Shown piece after piece: positions 1 through 12,098 of a DNA stretch of 64,000 nt. This DNA comes from Camelus dromedarius (taxonomy: Eukaryota): NCBI RefSeq assembly GCF_036321535.1, contig NC_087437.1, positions 115,570,001 through 115,634,000 of the forward strand, given 5' to 3'. The position numbers were made by a program, and so were the translations under genes. The notes beneath the pieces are model-generated. The model was given only the letters and a program-made list of their open reading frames with translations, was not told where the DNA came from and ran no database searches. Positions within the stretch are counted from its first letter, which is position 1. Every line of letters begins with the position of its first letter.

Positions 1-2099
1 TTTAGGGTGAGATCATTTTGATGATCCAGAGTCAGAAGCATTATCCATTGTACCACTGGCTCACCCATATTTCTTCCCTTTAGCTATTTAAAACAGTAAT
101 GAAATACTCTGTTAATTTCTAACAACTTTTAATAAAATGAAAAGAATACTAATGTCTTACTTGATTCTACTTTCTTCTTATAAAGTGCTTTTGTGTTAAT
201 AATAGCTTTTCCTGTTGAAACCATTGAAGTTGGCGGGATGTAGGTGTAGTAGCATTGTGGCATTTTATAGGTGAGGAATATGATGCTGAGTGCCTGAAGG
301 GTTCAGAGATAGGTAGTTCATAGCTAGAGATTTAATTCACATTTTCCTTTACCATAGTTCATGCCAGAATTGTAAAGACTGACCATTTATGAGGGTAAAA
401 TTATTAGGAAACTATGTCTTTGAAGTAAAAATCTTTAATCTTGATGGTTTAAAGATTATTTTTGCAAATAAAACTGTTTTGGTGCAATACTTTAATGTTC
501 ATTCATTTATCTATCTATACACTCTCCTTCCTCCGCCACGTTGGGTGCCAGTGGGTCTTATGTCTACGTTTTTACTTGATACCACAGCAGCATCTAAAAC
601 TGGAAAAGTGGTTCTTCAGGAATGGAATCTGGAATATAGGAAATGATTTCAGACACAGGCAATTCCTAATTTACAAGTAATTCATATATTTAAGCCCTTG
701 TACCTGAGCTCCTTTTCTCATTGCTGCTATTTGGAGTAGTGATTTTGAGCTTTTAAATACCTTCAGAAGTAGAAGGAGAAATAAGTAAAAAGCAGAAATA
801 TTTGGGGGCAATAAACAAAGACTCACCTATATTATGACCCACTTGCCTAAAAATGGTTTTTCTCAACTGCTTCAGTTATTTTGCAGCACTATTAGAATTC
901 TGCCAATTAGGAGTTTATTTGGGGTACCTTCATCCTTGTTGAAAACTGCAAATGTTAAAGTGAATTACTTCAGTCCAGTTGATTTCTTCCTATCACATAC
1001 CTGAAATGAACTACATTGAGGCAGTAGGAGATTTGGGTGGTAATTTAGGAACATACTTAGGGGAAAGGATTATTATTAGCAGGATGTTTGGAATGCTGTC
1101 ATGTAAAATTTAGGGAATTAAAGGCGTCAGGAGTTGGGATGGTGCTCACAAGGAAAATGACCTATTTTAGAGTTTGTCCAGATAAAGAGAGGATCTAGAA
1201 TTGGTTCGGCTTCTGTGTTTCTTTTGCAGGGTCCCCAGTGCCCATGACCAGTATACTGTCTTTTGGGCTCAGGAGGTTTCTTTTGGCTAACCTGGGAACT
1301 TGGTCAACATAAACAGCATTGTTTCATTAGAAATACTGACTGAATTCCACAGTTTCATTTTAAAAGATGATTTTTAGACCAAACTCATTTATGAGTTAGG
1401 TTTCAACCTGTGCTTGTGTTTGTCTCCTCTGTCGTCATGTGCTCCCAGTTGACAACAACCACGAGGTTGCTTTTGCTTTTCCATCAGTCATTATGGGATT
1501 TGCTGGCCGGTCATGAAATAGCAGTGGAAGTAACAAGTGGAAGTACAGTGAAAGAATTACCATAATAAGAGAAGCCACTCAAGAGAGCAGAAGAGGGCTT
1601 GTGGGCTTAGGGGAGCAGTTGTGAGCAGTGTCTCAGAACTTAATTTAATAATAGCATTGGTAGATTGGCATGTGATCTTTCCTATAACGTAACTTTCATT
1701 AACTCTGATGGTAAGCCACTGTGAAAAGTGAAGTTGCATTCATACTGATTTGTGAATTGATGTAGATTACACAATGTAAATATTTTTTTCTGATAAATTA
1801 TACAGAATAGTGGAATTTTGACAGTTATTTCATACCTAGAAATGGGTGAAATTTTTGTTGGTAGTAGCCAGATCTGAAAACTTTTTCTCCCTGACAATTT
1901 AATACTTTATATTTTATGTATAATTGATTTTTGCTAATGAAAATTATTTTCAAGTAAGCTGAAATAAATGTTAGTTAAATGAATTTGCAATAATTTTATC
2001 TCTGTGTTTTGGGAATTATAGTTACATTAGATGTTCCTCAATTAGGGGTAATTGTCTTGCATCCTTATCTCTTATCATAATCTGTTTTTCTTCACACAG

Positions 2100-2175
2100 T
2101 GTTATAGTTTTGCTGCTGGACTCTTCCCTCCCTTCCCCCACCCCATCAGGATGATATGAGACTTGAAAGAAGACG
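2100..2175 (+). other. DYRK1A: 5' UTR portion (76 nt) of the start-codon exon
   Basis: Acceptor tctgtttttcttcacacAG ends at 2099. The exon runs to the donor CAG|GTGACT at 2186. Confidence 0.9.
2151..2159 (+). promoter_or_regulatory. Minimal uORF ATG ATA TGA in the 5' UTR
   Basis: Read directly from the sequence. A at -3. Ends 16 nt before the main ATG. Confidence 0.75.
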
Positions 2176-2185
2176 ATGCATACAG
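2176..2185 (+). CDS. DYRK1A: DYRK1A first coding segment ATG CAT ACA G (MHT plus first base of G)
   Basis: Phase-1 junction with 45463 (G+GA) restores [11 protein letters not shown]. Confidence 0.95.
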
Positions 2186-4579
2186 GTGACTCAAGTTTTG
2201 AAATACAGTAAAACTGTGGCTGTCTGAGAGAATGTGGGGACTGGTGGTGTATTTTGAATGGGGGAGCTTTCTGATAAACAGCATTAGTGGGGAGAATTAT
2301 TTAGATCAATAAATGCAAAGATAGTTGGAATATTTATTAAACTTTGGGAATCAGTCTGATAATCAGTGACTGGCAATGGTATTAATACAAATACAGCATA
2401 GTAATTGCTCGTACTTGACATTTTCAAAAGGGGATGGTTGGCTAATATATTGGTGAGAATTGAAGTATTTCTGTTTAAAAAAATAAAATATTCACCTTGA
2501 TGGTTGAATGCATGTTTCCCCAAATCTCTGTTAGAATAGAGCAAATCTTTTAAAGGCATAGGGAGTAGATGGTAGTGGTATGTCTTAAATAAGACTCACA
2601 CAATTAAATTAAGGATATTACACACATATGTATGATTCCTTAAAAAAATATGATCTGGGATTTTGTTTTTACTTTCTTGCCTGTCTCCTCCCGCTCTCCA
2701 TCCCTTCCTCCATTCCTCTCCTTCTCCTTTCTTTCTTCCTTCTCTCCTTCTCTTTTATCCTTTTGTCACTTGAATATACAGGAGAAGCAGTAAAGAAGGC
2801 AGTTTTGAAAAGAATATTTTGGATTGCTTTATAGTTAATTGAGGTGATCTTATTCATATATGGAAAAATGGAGGCTGTTCCATCTGTGGCTGTGTTCAAA
2901 CTCATGAAAATACAGTATAGCTAATGGGTAGAATGTTACTAGCTTTTAAACTTATATGTTCTTAAATTAGGCCAATTATGAGGCATTTTGTTGAACCAGG
3001 TGGCTTATATTTGTAGACCTGGTCAGAGATAGTCTTAACTTGGTTTATAAACTGTTTGAAAGAAAATGTGGTCTTTAATTGGAAAAGAAGTAACTACATA
3101 AATCTTGAATAGATACTTAATTACATGGTTGGTGAAGGTGTTAAAGTTTTTGTGATTGGTTTTTGTTTTTGGTGATCTTTGTCTTCTAAAAGGAAAAGAA
3201 ATGACCATTTTTTGATTTCAGAGTGGGATTTAAAAATGTCTCAGATGTGCCATCATGTATGAAGAAATGTGCTTGAATATATTTTAAATTTAATTATAGA
3301 TCAAATAATATTTTACATTCATGAGGGACTCAAAGAATCTGTTGGTAATTGATTTTTGAGTAAAAAGTGATGGAGTAATCATCTCTGTAATCTATCTCTC
3401 AGGGGCACACATACATATTTGCCTACACATACTAGAGGTACACCACTGTACACATTCTGGCCGAGTGGCTGATAAAATCAATATGATGCGGAAGCTGAAT
3501 ATCACTGTCATAGAGAAATAAATAGGAATATTTACAGAAAAATTTAGAATTTTATGAAAATGTTGTCAGATTTTATAAGTGTGACCTTTTGGTGCGGGAA
3601 GAGTTTCTCATCACTGTCTGCTCCCGGCTTGCTCCTTGGGCACTCTACTGCACATTGGCTATACCAGGTAGATGCTCACTTTCAACTGAGGTCAGTGGAG
3701 GAACAGTGTATTTGGGGTGTCTCATAGATTTATCTATGAATATTAATGATGTTGGAGACTTTCCCTTAAGGAATTTTGAGATGGCAAAGTTACTATTTTA
3801 CTTCTAGTTTATCTTCACAAGACAGAGACTTTCCAAATAGTTCTTTTTCTTAAAAGGCTTATGGATGAAATGAAATATCTAAAGAGTAAATACAATTTAT
3901 AAAGGTTATCTAGTTAATTTTATGAATGCCAAAACACAAAAATTTACAAATACTAGATTTATGATACAATCCAATTTTAAAAATTATAAACATTTACTGG
4001 CTTCTAAAGGAGAAAACCGAGAAAGAAGTCAGACTCTAATGTATATATTAGCTGCTGGTGTATTCCCTTTCAACAGTTTGAATGTTAACAATTGTTTCTG
4101 AATGTAAAATTAACAGCTTTCATAATCATCATTAATTAATGCAGTTTGCTCTTATTTTACTATACACACATTTGTTATACTTCAACTGATAGAATTTTAA
4201 CACATAAAAGCTCATAAGGAGTTTTTCATTGAAAGTGGATCTTGCTTCCCCGGGCAGTCACAGTGTTGACTGCCTTACTCTCTCATACCATTTCGTTGAT
4301 GAGGTGCAGGGTCAGGGGTGCTAACAAGGACATTGAAGGATGCTTTGACTGATCTTTCAAAAGCCAAAGCTTACTAATAGATTTTTACTGAACAGCAAGG
4401 CAGAGTTAAAGTTTGATATATCTCTGGTACATGTGTATAAAGGTGTTCCTGTACTTGTTTAATTTGAGGGTATTTTTGCATATTTTAAAATATAGTAAGG
4501 ATTTAAATTAGGTAAAATTGGATTATTTTTTGATTTTTGGAAGAAAAATCATTTGTGGCCAAACATTTTATTTGGCTAA

Positions 4580-5030
4580 CATTTGCTTTGTACCAGGTAC
4601 TGTAATAGTGCTCTGTTTATAAGGATTCCTGTGCTTAGGAATAAAGGAACACATTTCAGTTGGAAGAAGGGGCAGATATATAAACAAATTATACAATGAA
4701 TGCTTATGATAAATTTTAAATACTTGTCTATTGAACGCAAGGCCTCTGGAGTAAAACCAGAAAGTTCTCTCTGGTTAGTAGTAAAGGCTTCGCCTGGTAC
4801 CCACATGCTGGTGTTGTGAAAATCTCCATTTGTGTCCCATGCTTCTCTTCTGAGCTTCAGACTTAGGTAACTGCCTCCTGGATGTCTCTCCTACACACAG
4901 TCCCTCCTCTCCTCTTTATGCCTGTTAGTAATGAGTAGCATCATTCTACCCAAGCACACCGTCATCCTGGGAACCTAGGAGCCGCTCTTAACCCCTTTGA
5001 CTTAAGAGGTAACCAAATTCAGTTTATTTA
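4580..5030. mobile_element. L2 LINE fragments, two pieces in apparently opposite orientation
   Basis: L2-like motifs recognised by eye (ctgagcttcagact...aactgcctcctggatgtctc; ggaacctaggag). Boundaries approximate. Confidence 0.55.
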
Positions 5031-7269
5031 GGACGTAGAAATCCCTTACTTATGAGATTAAATTTGGAAAATGCACTGCCCCAGACATCACCATGCACAT
5101 TAACATAAAGGCTTTTGCATTTTCTCCAGTTTATTTGATAAGAGGACTTCCTTTCCCTTTTATTTCTTATTTATATCTATTAATGTCCAGGGGAACATTA
5201 ATGGGGAAAGCTGTTGGATACGGCAGTTGATAACATTCTGTATTTTGTTGGGCTTCTTTAACAACTGAAATTGTTTTTTAACAATAGTGATAGGCTAGTC
5301 GTTTTCAAACTTGAAATAGTTCTGGAATATTCAGAACTGTAACTCTGAGGATGAATAACGTTAGAAATTTATTTTAAATTCTCCTGATTGGTTCATATTG
5401 TTTTTGTTATATTTCTGTGAATTTAAGTGCTTAAAACCATTTGATGTGACAGAGTTTTTAATTTTAGATTCTCTTACTCATTTTAAAGTGTGAGTTTTGT
5501 AGGGCAAAGTTTGCATACTTCTTCAGTGATCACAGGAGTATGGCATATTAATACAGAACAGTTAGAAATCAGATCTGTAAATTTAAGTAAAACCAGCTTC
5601 TTTAATCCCATTCATATACCAGGTGCATTGGGTAAATCAAATTGTGTGTACATTTTAATATTTTGGTGCGTATTGCCCATTTGCCTCCTTTTGGATTCAT
5701 TCTTCACATAGTCCTGTGTATCTGGTCTTTTAAAAATATGTTTTCCCTTCTTAAGCTCTCATTCATTTCTTAACCCCAAGCAGTCTGATTTTGTGCTTAA
5801 TAATTCAATGAATTGATTGTTTCTGGTGAATGGTAAATCTAGTAGATTTATTTTGTTGTCAGGTTTTAATTTTTTCTCCCTGTTTACTAAGTAATACAAT
5901 ATCAGTGAAAAAAAGTTGAAATTGATAAGACTGTAGATAAGTGGAAGGAAACGTAGTCGGAGTTCTGTTGCCCATTGCACAGTGGCACTTTCCCTTCCAG
6001 GATGCTGTTTCTGATGCCATTTTTCATTAAGATTATCCTGAATAATCAGGTTGGTGTGCTTGGGTAGAATCTGTTTTTGTATTGTTTATATTTTCTTTTA
6101 TTGCTTAACATACATTGTGAACTTCCCCTGCATCATCAAAAACTAACCATAGTGATATGCTGTCCTTTTGAACTTGGAGCAAATTCAGAGCATTCAGAAC
6201 CATAACTTTTTGAAGGTGAATTACTTTAGAAATTTATTTTAAAGTGTGCTGATTTGAGACTATTTCTCTGTATGTTCACTTCCTAGTTAAGTCGGGTATC
6301 TCTTATTAGACATCATTTTATACTCTTCTTTTTTAAGTACTAACATCTGTGCCTAAGTGTTTAGTTGTATGTTAAATTATTTTCTTGTAATTTATTCCTA
6401 GGAGTGTAAGTTAAATTATAAGGCTAGAAAAATTTTAAGGCCCTTCATACTACTGTTTAGAAAGCTATTTGGTTATAATACCAGTTTATACTCACTAGCG
6501 TTAGATGAATGTTTGTCTTTTAATTTATCATTGTGAGCATTGAGTATTATAGTTAAAAATTAAGTTTCTAATTCAGCTGGCAAAAAGAAGAGTCTTCTAT
6601 TTTAGAAAACGTAAAAGTGACAGTGTATACTCAGTGGAGGAGAAAGTTCAGTTGCTTCAGAGATACAAAAAGTGACAAACCTCATAGAGTTCCGTAGATC
6701 TCTCCCCCCCAGGATTCTTTATAGCACATGGTTTTATTTAATGCTCTTATGGCATTTGCACAAGTTTTCTCATCATTTTTTTGGTCCCAGCTAGTCCAAT
6801 TCTCAAGGTCAAAGGCCATGGCTCACTGTCTTTCTGTGCCCTATGTATGTCCAGCAGGGTTCCTGTGACATAGAAAGTCCTCAGTGAATACTTGGAAAAA
6901 AGAACGATTTTTGCCATTCTCCTAATGTCTAAAAATATCTCACTCTCTTAATGTCTGCTTTAATAAATTTCTTCAAATGGTTTTAAGAGTTCACGTAATT
7001 TTTTGTTTTCCTTTTATGTTTCTTATTTTCATTAAGTTTCAAATTTTTAAGTGGAAGCAGTTAGTAATGATCACATCATGTATGTATCACGTAAGAGAAT
7101 GTATGATATTCATAGAAAAGGCGATGGGAAACCTAAAGTTAGCCACATTGTAAAGTTGAATTTCTTAGACCATAATGCCTTTATTTAAGGCCTAGATGAA
7201 AGCAAATAGATTCCTATTCATTATTTTAGATTTTAGGGATACTTACCAAATGTACCTCCAGAAGAATGT

Positions 7270-8810
7270 TTGAGTTCTGGGAAGATGACAGCAGGGCATA
7301 ATTTTTTGAATCTTCACAATTTTCCCTAGAAACAGTAATTAGGACAGCAAAAACAAATTCACTGACATCCTGCAAGACTGAACAGTATCTCCACAAACCC
7401 TAATAAAAGTAGGCTGGGGACAAATCTCCAATAACTACAAGACCTGTCAACATTTGTGAAAGGTGCAGAAGGAAGCAGCAGGTATCTGATGGACCTGAGA
7501 ACAGGAGAAACCCAAGCTAGCTAATGAGAACTCCCTGGAAAGTGTGGCATGCAAGCTTGAAACCAGCAGCTGAAATTAAGAGTTTTTGCATTCCCGGGAT
7601 ACCAGGGGCCCATGATGAATTCTGTGGGTTACACCCATCTGGTTCCTATGAATTTTCAAAACTTAACTAGTTCAAGCTCCCTTCCTGGTCAAAGTCCCAC
7701 ACTAATGTAGACACTGCTGGCAATAGAATTCACATTAAGCAGGATGGAGGCAATGGGGGAAAAGGGACAAAACGCAGATGAAGTGGGGAGGTTAGTAGAG
7801 GAGACCTCATGTATGAGACTGTGTTTCTGTATTGTTCGTGTCCTCTTCATGAAAACAGAAGAGGACACCTACTAAAGCCAGGAAGACTACTCCAGTTTCC
7901 TAAAAGTTTTTCATTTTACATGAAATTGAGCAACTGCTGGGATCATGGTCAATTCCCCACAGAGTCTTCCTAAGAAAAAAGGAATAAGGAGTGAGTAATA
8001 TTTCTACAGACAATGAAGACATACTAGCAAGAAATGTTCATAAAACAAGTGAAAACTATAACCAAATGTTTCAAAATGAACTCACAGAAATTTAGAAAAT
8101 GATACAAATATGAAAGAGCAACATAAATTAAATCTGAGTAAGGAAATATTAAAAACGAAGCCTAAACTGTAGGGTACACAAGAGAGAAAAAACCCAACAG
8201 GAAATTACTTCAGAGAAACAGAAGATAAATAGAAGAAACAAAATTTAAACAAAAAAGAATTGAAGAAAAATAGATAAAGGAGCATTCTAGAGAAAGTGAC
8301 ATTTACTAAACAGAGGCAGAGTAATTTCAACATACAAATAAGAGTCTCTGAAGAAGAACCAAAGCAATGGAAATTAATAAATTCTGATAATTATAACTCA
8401 AGTAAATTTCCTGAAATAAAAAAAAAAGTTGGCCCCACTACATTTGGTAAGGGCGTGTTGTATTCTTGGATAAATTGATCCAAATATGACCAACATGTAG
8501 ACATACTCTTTAAACATTCTTAGACTTTAAAGAAAATTCTCGGGTTATCTAGGTAAAGACCAGAGTCTTTAAGGGAAGAATATTAGACTATCTGATTTTG
8601 ATAGCAATGCTTTAGGCTGGAAGCAATCAAGTAACATCTAATATATGCAAGGAAAAGAAGGGAGAGCCAAGACTTTTATATCCAGCTAAACTGACTGAAG
8701 TGTAAAGACAGCAGACAAAATGTTAGGAACCGGAGTATGAATTTGGAGGCTGTTGGTATCTTTGAGCACTTCTTACGGTATCCACCAGAGAATAACCAAG
8801 TTACCTTGAA
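7270..8810 (+). mobile_element. Decayed L1-family 5' UTR plus ORF1 remnant with no ORF2, HAL1-like
   Basis: A-rich sense strand with L1 ORF1-type remnants (ataagagtctctgaag, aaatttcctgaaat, ccaagacttttatatccagctaaactg). The 3' part resembles my recollection of HAL1. Confidence 0.6.
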
Positions 8811-9040
8811 AATAACACTTTATTTTTTTCATACTGATATACTTGAAATGATTGTCTAACATCCATTTTTACATGAATCTACTAGAAAAAGATTTTGTTA
8901 CAGTTATGCAAATTTATTGTTGAAAGAGATCTGAAATACTCTCTTCCTCCCTCTTCCCCATTAAATAAAACACGAAATGTTTGCCATTTTTTCTCTTTAA
9001 GGGCAGAGACCTTTCCCTGTCCTTCACCTTTTATATAAGT

Positions 9041-9056
9041 AGAGAGAGAGAGAGAG

Positions 9057-9095
<39 letters not shown>
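9041..9095 (+). repeat. Compound microsatellite (AG)8 AC (TG)18
   Basis: Counted directly. Confidence 0.97.
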
Positions 9096-9100
<5 letters not shown>

Positions 9101-9109
9101 TAAACTTTG

Positions 9110-9920
9110 ACGTTCTTTGATACGATTTACATATCATAAAATTCATGCAGTTTGAGTAAGTATGAGTTTTTAGTGAACTTATAGTTAGGCAGCTATCACC
9201 ACCACAATCCAGTTAGTGTATTTTTAATTAAAAATAATTCTAGTTCAGATAGAACTTCTGTAAAGAAGAAAATAAAAATTATCAGTAGTCCAAACAATCA
9301 GAGAATATAATTGTATTTTTTTAGTTTATACATTATTGCCGATAACCTTATGTAAATGTAACTCCTTCAAACAGTATTGAAGAAGCAAAACTGGGTCATA
9401 TTTTACTTTGTTTTTAGTCCTTTAAAATTTAAACATTTCTCCATCATCAGTATTCTTTATAGCATCATTTTTAATGAGTAGTTAGTATTCTACAAATCAG
9501 TTACTATTTAACCTACTGCCCATTGTTGCTAATTCATAATAATGTTTAAGTGGACAATTATTGTGGTAGTCTTTGTTTTCATTTTTGATTTGTTGCCTTA
9601 GGTGCAGTTCCTAGAAGTTGCACATGTTGAGTTAAAGAATATGTACATTTAAAAGTCTTAACTTTTGATGCATATTTTCAAATGTCTTTTTAAAGAACAG
9701 TTTATGCTTTTAACCACCTACAGAACAGAATTTTACCATACTCTAGAATCCTGAGTATTTAAAAGTATTTTCCAATTTGATAAAGTGTAACTTAATATTT
9801 TAATTTGCATTTATCTGAATTTTAAGTGAGAATGAATATGTTTTTATATCTTCTGTGAATTTCCTTTTACTGTGTTTTGCTGATATTTCACTTGAGTATC
9901 TTTTTAAAAATTTTAATTTT
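9110..9920 (-). mobile_element. Old L1M 3'-region fragments, antisense
   Basis: T-rich, with L1-type motifs (ttcctagaag, ttttaatttgcattt, ttctgtgaatttcc). Boundaries approximate. Confidence 0.5.
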
Positions 9921-9929
9921 ATCAGAGTT

Positions 9930-10130
9930 CCTCATTGACTCTTACTGTATGCTGGAAACTCTTCTAAATGACTTACATTTATTAACTCATTTTTTCTTGA
10001 TGATAATTCTCAGATAGGTATGATTAGCCCAGCCAGAAATTAGGTAGTCTGCCCCAGGTCACACAGTAAGGATGGAGCTCAAATGCAAATCCAGGAGCTT
10101 GACTCCTGACTCTTAACCACTATATTCCTG
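9930..10130 (+). mobile_element. MIR SINE
   Basis: MIR core motifs: ttacatttattaactcatt...gccccaggtcacacag...tcttaaccacta. Confidence 0.7.
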
Positions 10131-11875
10131 CATTGTTAGTTACTTCTGACAAATTTTCCAGTACATTTGTGTTTTAATTTTGTTCATAGTATCATTTTAT
10201 ATAATATAAGAAATGTTAAGGTTTTGTATGGAGGGACTGGATCTTATTTATTAGTGTAATGCCTGGAACATAATCGGTTCTCAAATATTTGTTGAACAAA
10301 TGAGAATAAACCCATTAACAATCTGTTGATGTTGGTGACCTTTTATTTTCTGTATTGTGTATTGTCTTTTAAAGGGATTCTCAGGGGCTTCATAAATAAT
10401 TTACTCTTTGGTTTTGATAAGATACAATAAGCTTATCTATATTAGCTTTTCTCAAAAGTCTGTGGAAGTAATTACTGCTTTAGAAAAGAACATGTGTTTT
10501 TAAACAAGCAAATATGAGTTGTGAAGAATGTGTATTATCAACAGTGATTTGAATTGTGGAAACAAGTGAAATAAAATATTTGCTTTGAGTGTAGGAATAA
10601 TTTGATGGAGTTTGGTTTTTGTAGTTTTAGAAAATGGATAGATCTGGCCATTATTTAAAACATTTTTTGAATAAATTTTGTTTTAAGAAGTAAGATCCTT
10701 TAAAAGGAAACCCAGACTAAAAAAGCTGATGAAAAAAAGTACTGCTTAAGGTTTGATAGCGTAGATCAACTACTCCGAAAGTATACGTTAAGACTGAATT
10801 TCTTTCTAAGAGCTTTTTCTCCCTTTTCCTTTGACATCAGGCTACTGTTTACTGGTCTTTCTTTAGTTGAGTCCTGTGTATCCTTTAAATGCTAGTCTTT
10901 TAAAAAAGTGTAGAGATCCATATTATTAAATAGGCCTGTGTTAGAGATTAGAGGGAAGCACAGATAAGTTCACTTGCATTTTGACACACCATCCACAAGA
11001 TCCACATGGAATCAAGTACTCAAAAAGCAGGCACTTGAAAATGTAAATATTTGCCTTTGTATTACAAACCTAGATCTGCTTTGTATGAAGTTACAAAAAC
11101 TAGAAGTATTTGTTGAATGCATGCTTCTTCTGTAACCTCCTGGTTACAACCAGTTTTTTTTCCTCTTAGAGGTGGTAGTATTTTCTAGGCCATGCTCAAC
11201 TGACATATTAAAGTCATATTTGTACATTTATTCTGTATTAGGCATTAATTACTCAATTTACAGGCATATATTAATAAAACATAACCCATTCTGGAAGTAA
11301 AAAATGAAATACCAGTTTCCTTTTCCTCATTGTCACTCCTTAGTGGTAAAACTTTTAATCTTCAGTTTTTAAGTTCTTCCTTTGGTTACTTACATCACTT
11401 TAAATATAGTAATGTGTTTATAGATCTAATTTATTACTTAAAAAACTAATGATTGTCCTCCCAGAAAGATGAAATCAAACAGTTCCCTGTGCTGCCTTTC
11501 TTTCTGCCAATTTCTGTTCTTTTAAATTTTTTGTTACTAAAATTAAAATCAGTTTCTCTTGATTTCCCAAGATACAAAGTAAGGGCTTTAGTACCCTTTC
11601 TTTTTACCTTGCAGCATTTATCCACCGGACAGTTACTTTTACATTGTATATAAGAATATACATTTGTGTACCTTTCCTTAACTGTAAATGAGTTCCGTGA
11701 TTTTGTCTTGAGGTTCTGTTGAAAATTAAAAACAAAAAAACTACACTGGAAAAGCACATGGTATATTAGGACCCATAGAGAGGCAGATGTAGTATTATGT
11801 CACTAAGTTCGTCCCATTCATAGGAGAAATGTTAACCCTGGGATTGGAGGTGTAGTGCATGTCATGATGATTTTT

Positions 11876-12098
11876 TTTAAACATTTTTAATTGATTTATA
11901 ATCATTTTACAATGTTGTGTCAAATTCCAGTGTAGAGCACAATTTTTCAGTTATACATGAACATACATATTCATTGTCACATTTTTTTCTCTGTGAGCTA
12001 CTGTAAGATCTTGTATATATTTTCCTTTGCTATACAGTATAATCTTGTTTATCTGTTGTACATTTTGAAATCCCACTCTTATCTCTTCCCACCCCCCA
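11876..12098 (-). mobile_element. Young 5'-truncated L1 3'-end fragment with a 14-bp TSD (TCATGATGATTTTT at 11862-11875 and 12099-12112)
   Basis: Highly similar to the copy at 22639-22919. Has a T-rich tail on the + strand, an exact flanking direct repeat and a TT|AAAA endonuclease site on the minus strand. Confidence 0.88.

Noticed and set aside
1205..1230. Strong acceptor-like tgtgtttcttttgcAG
   Set aside because: There is no convincing downstream donor, and isolated acceptors are common in introns.
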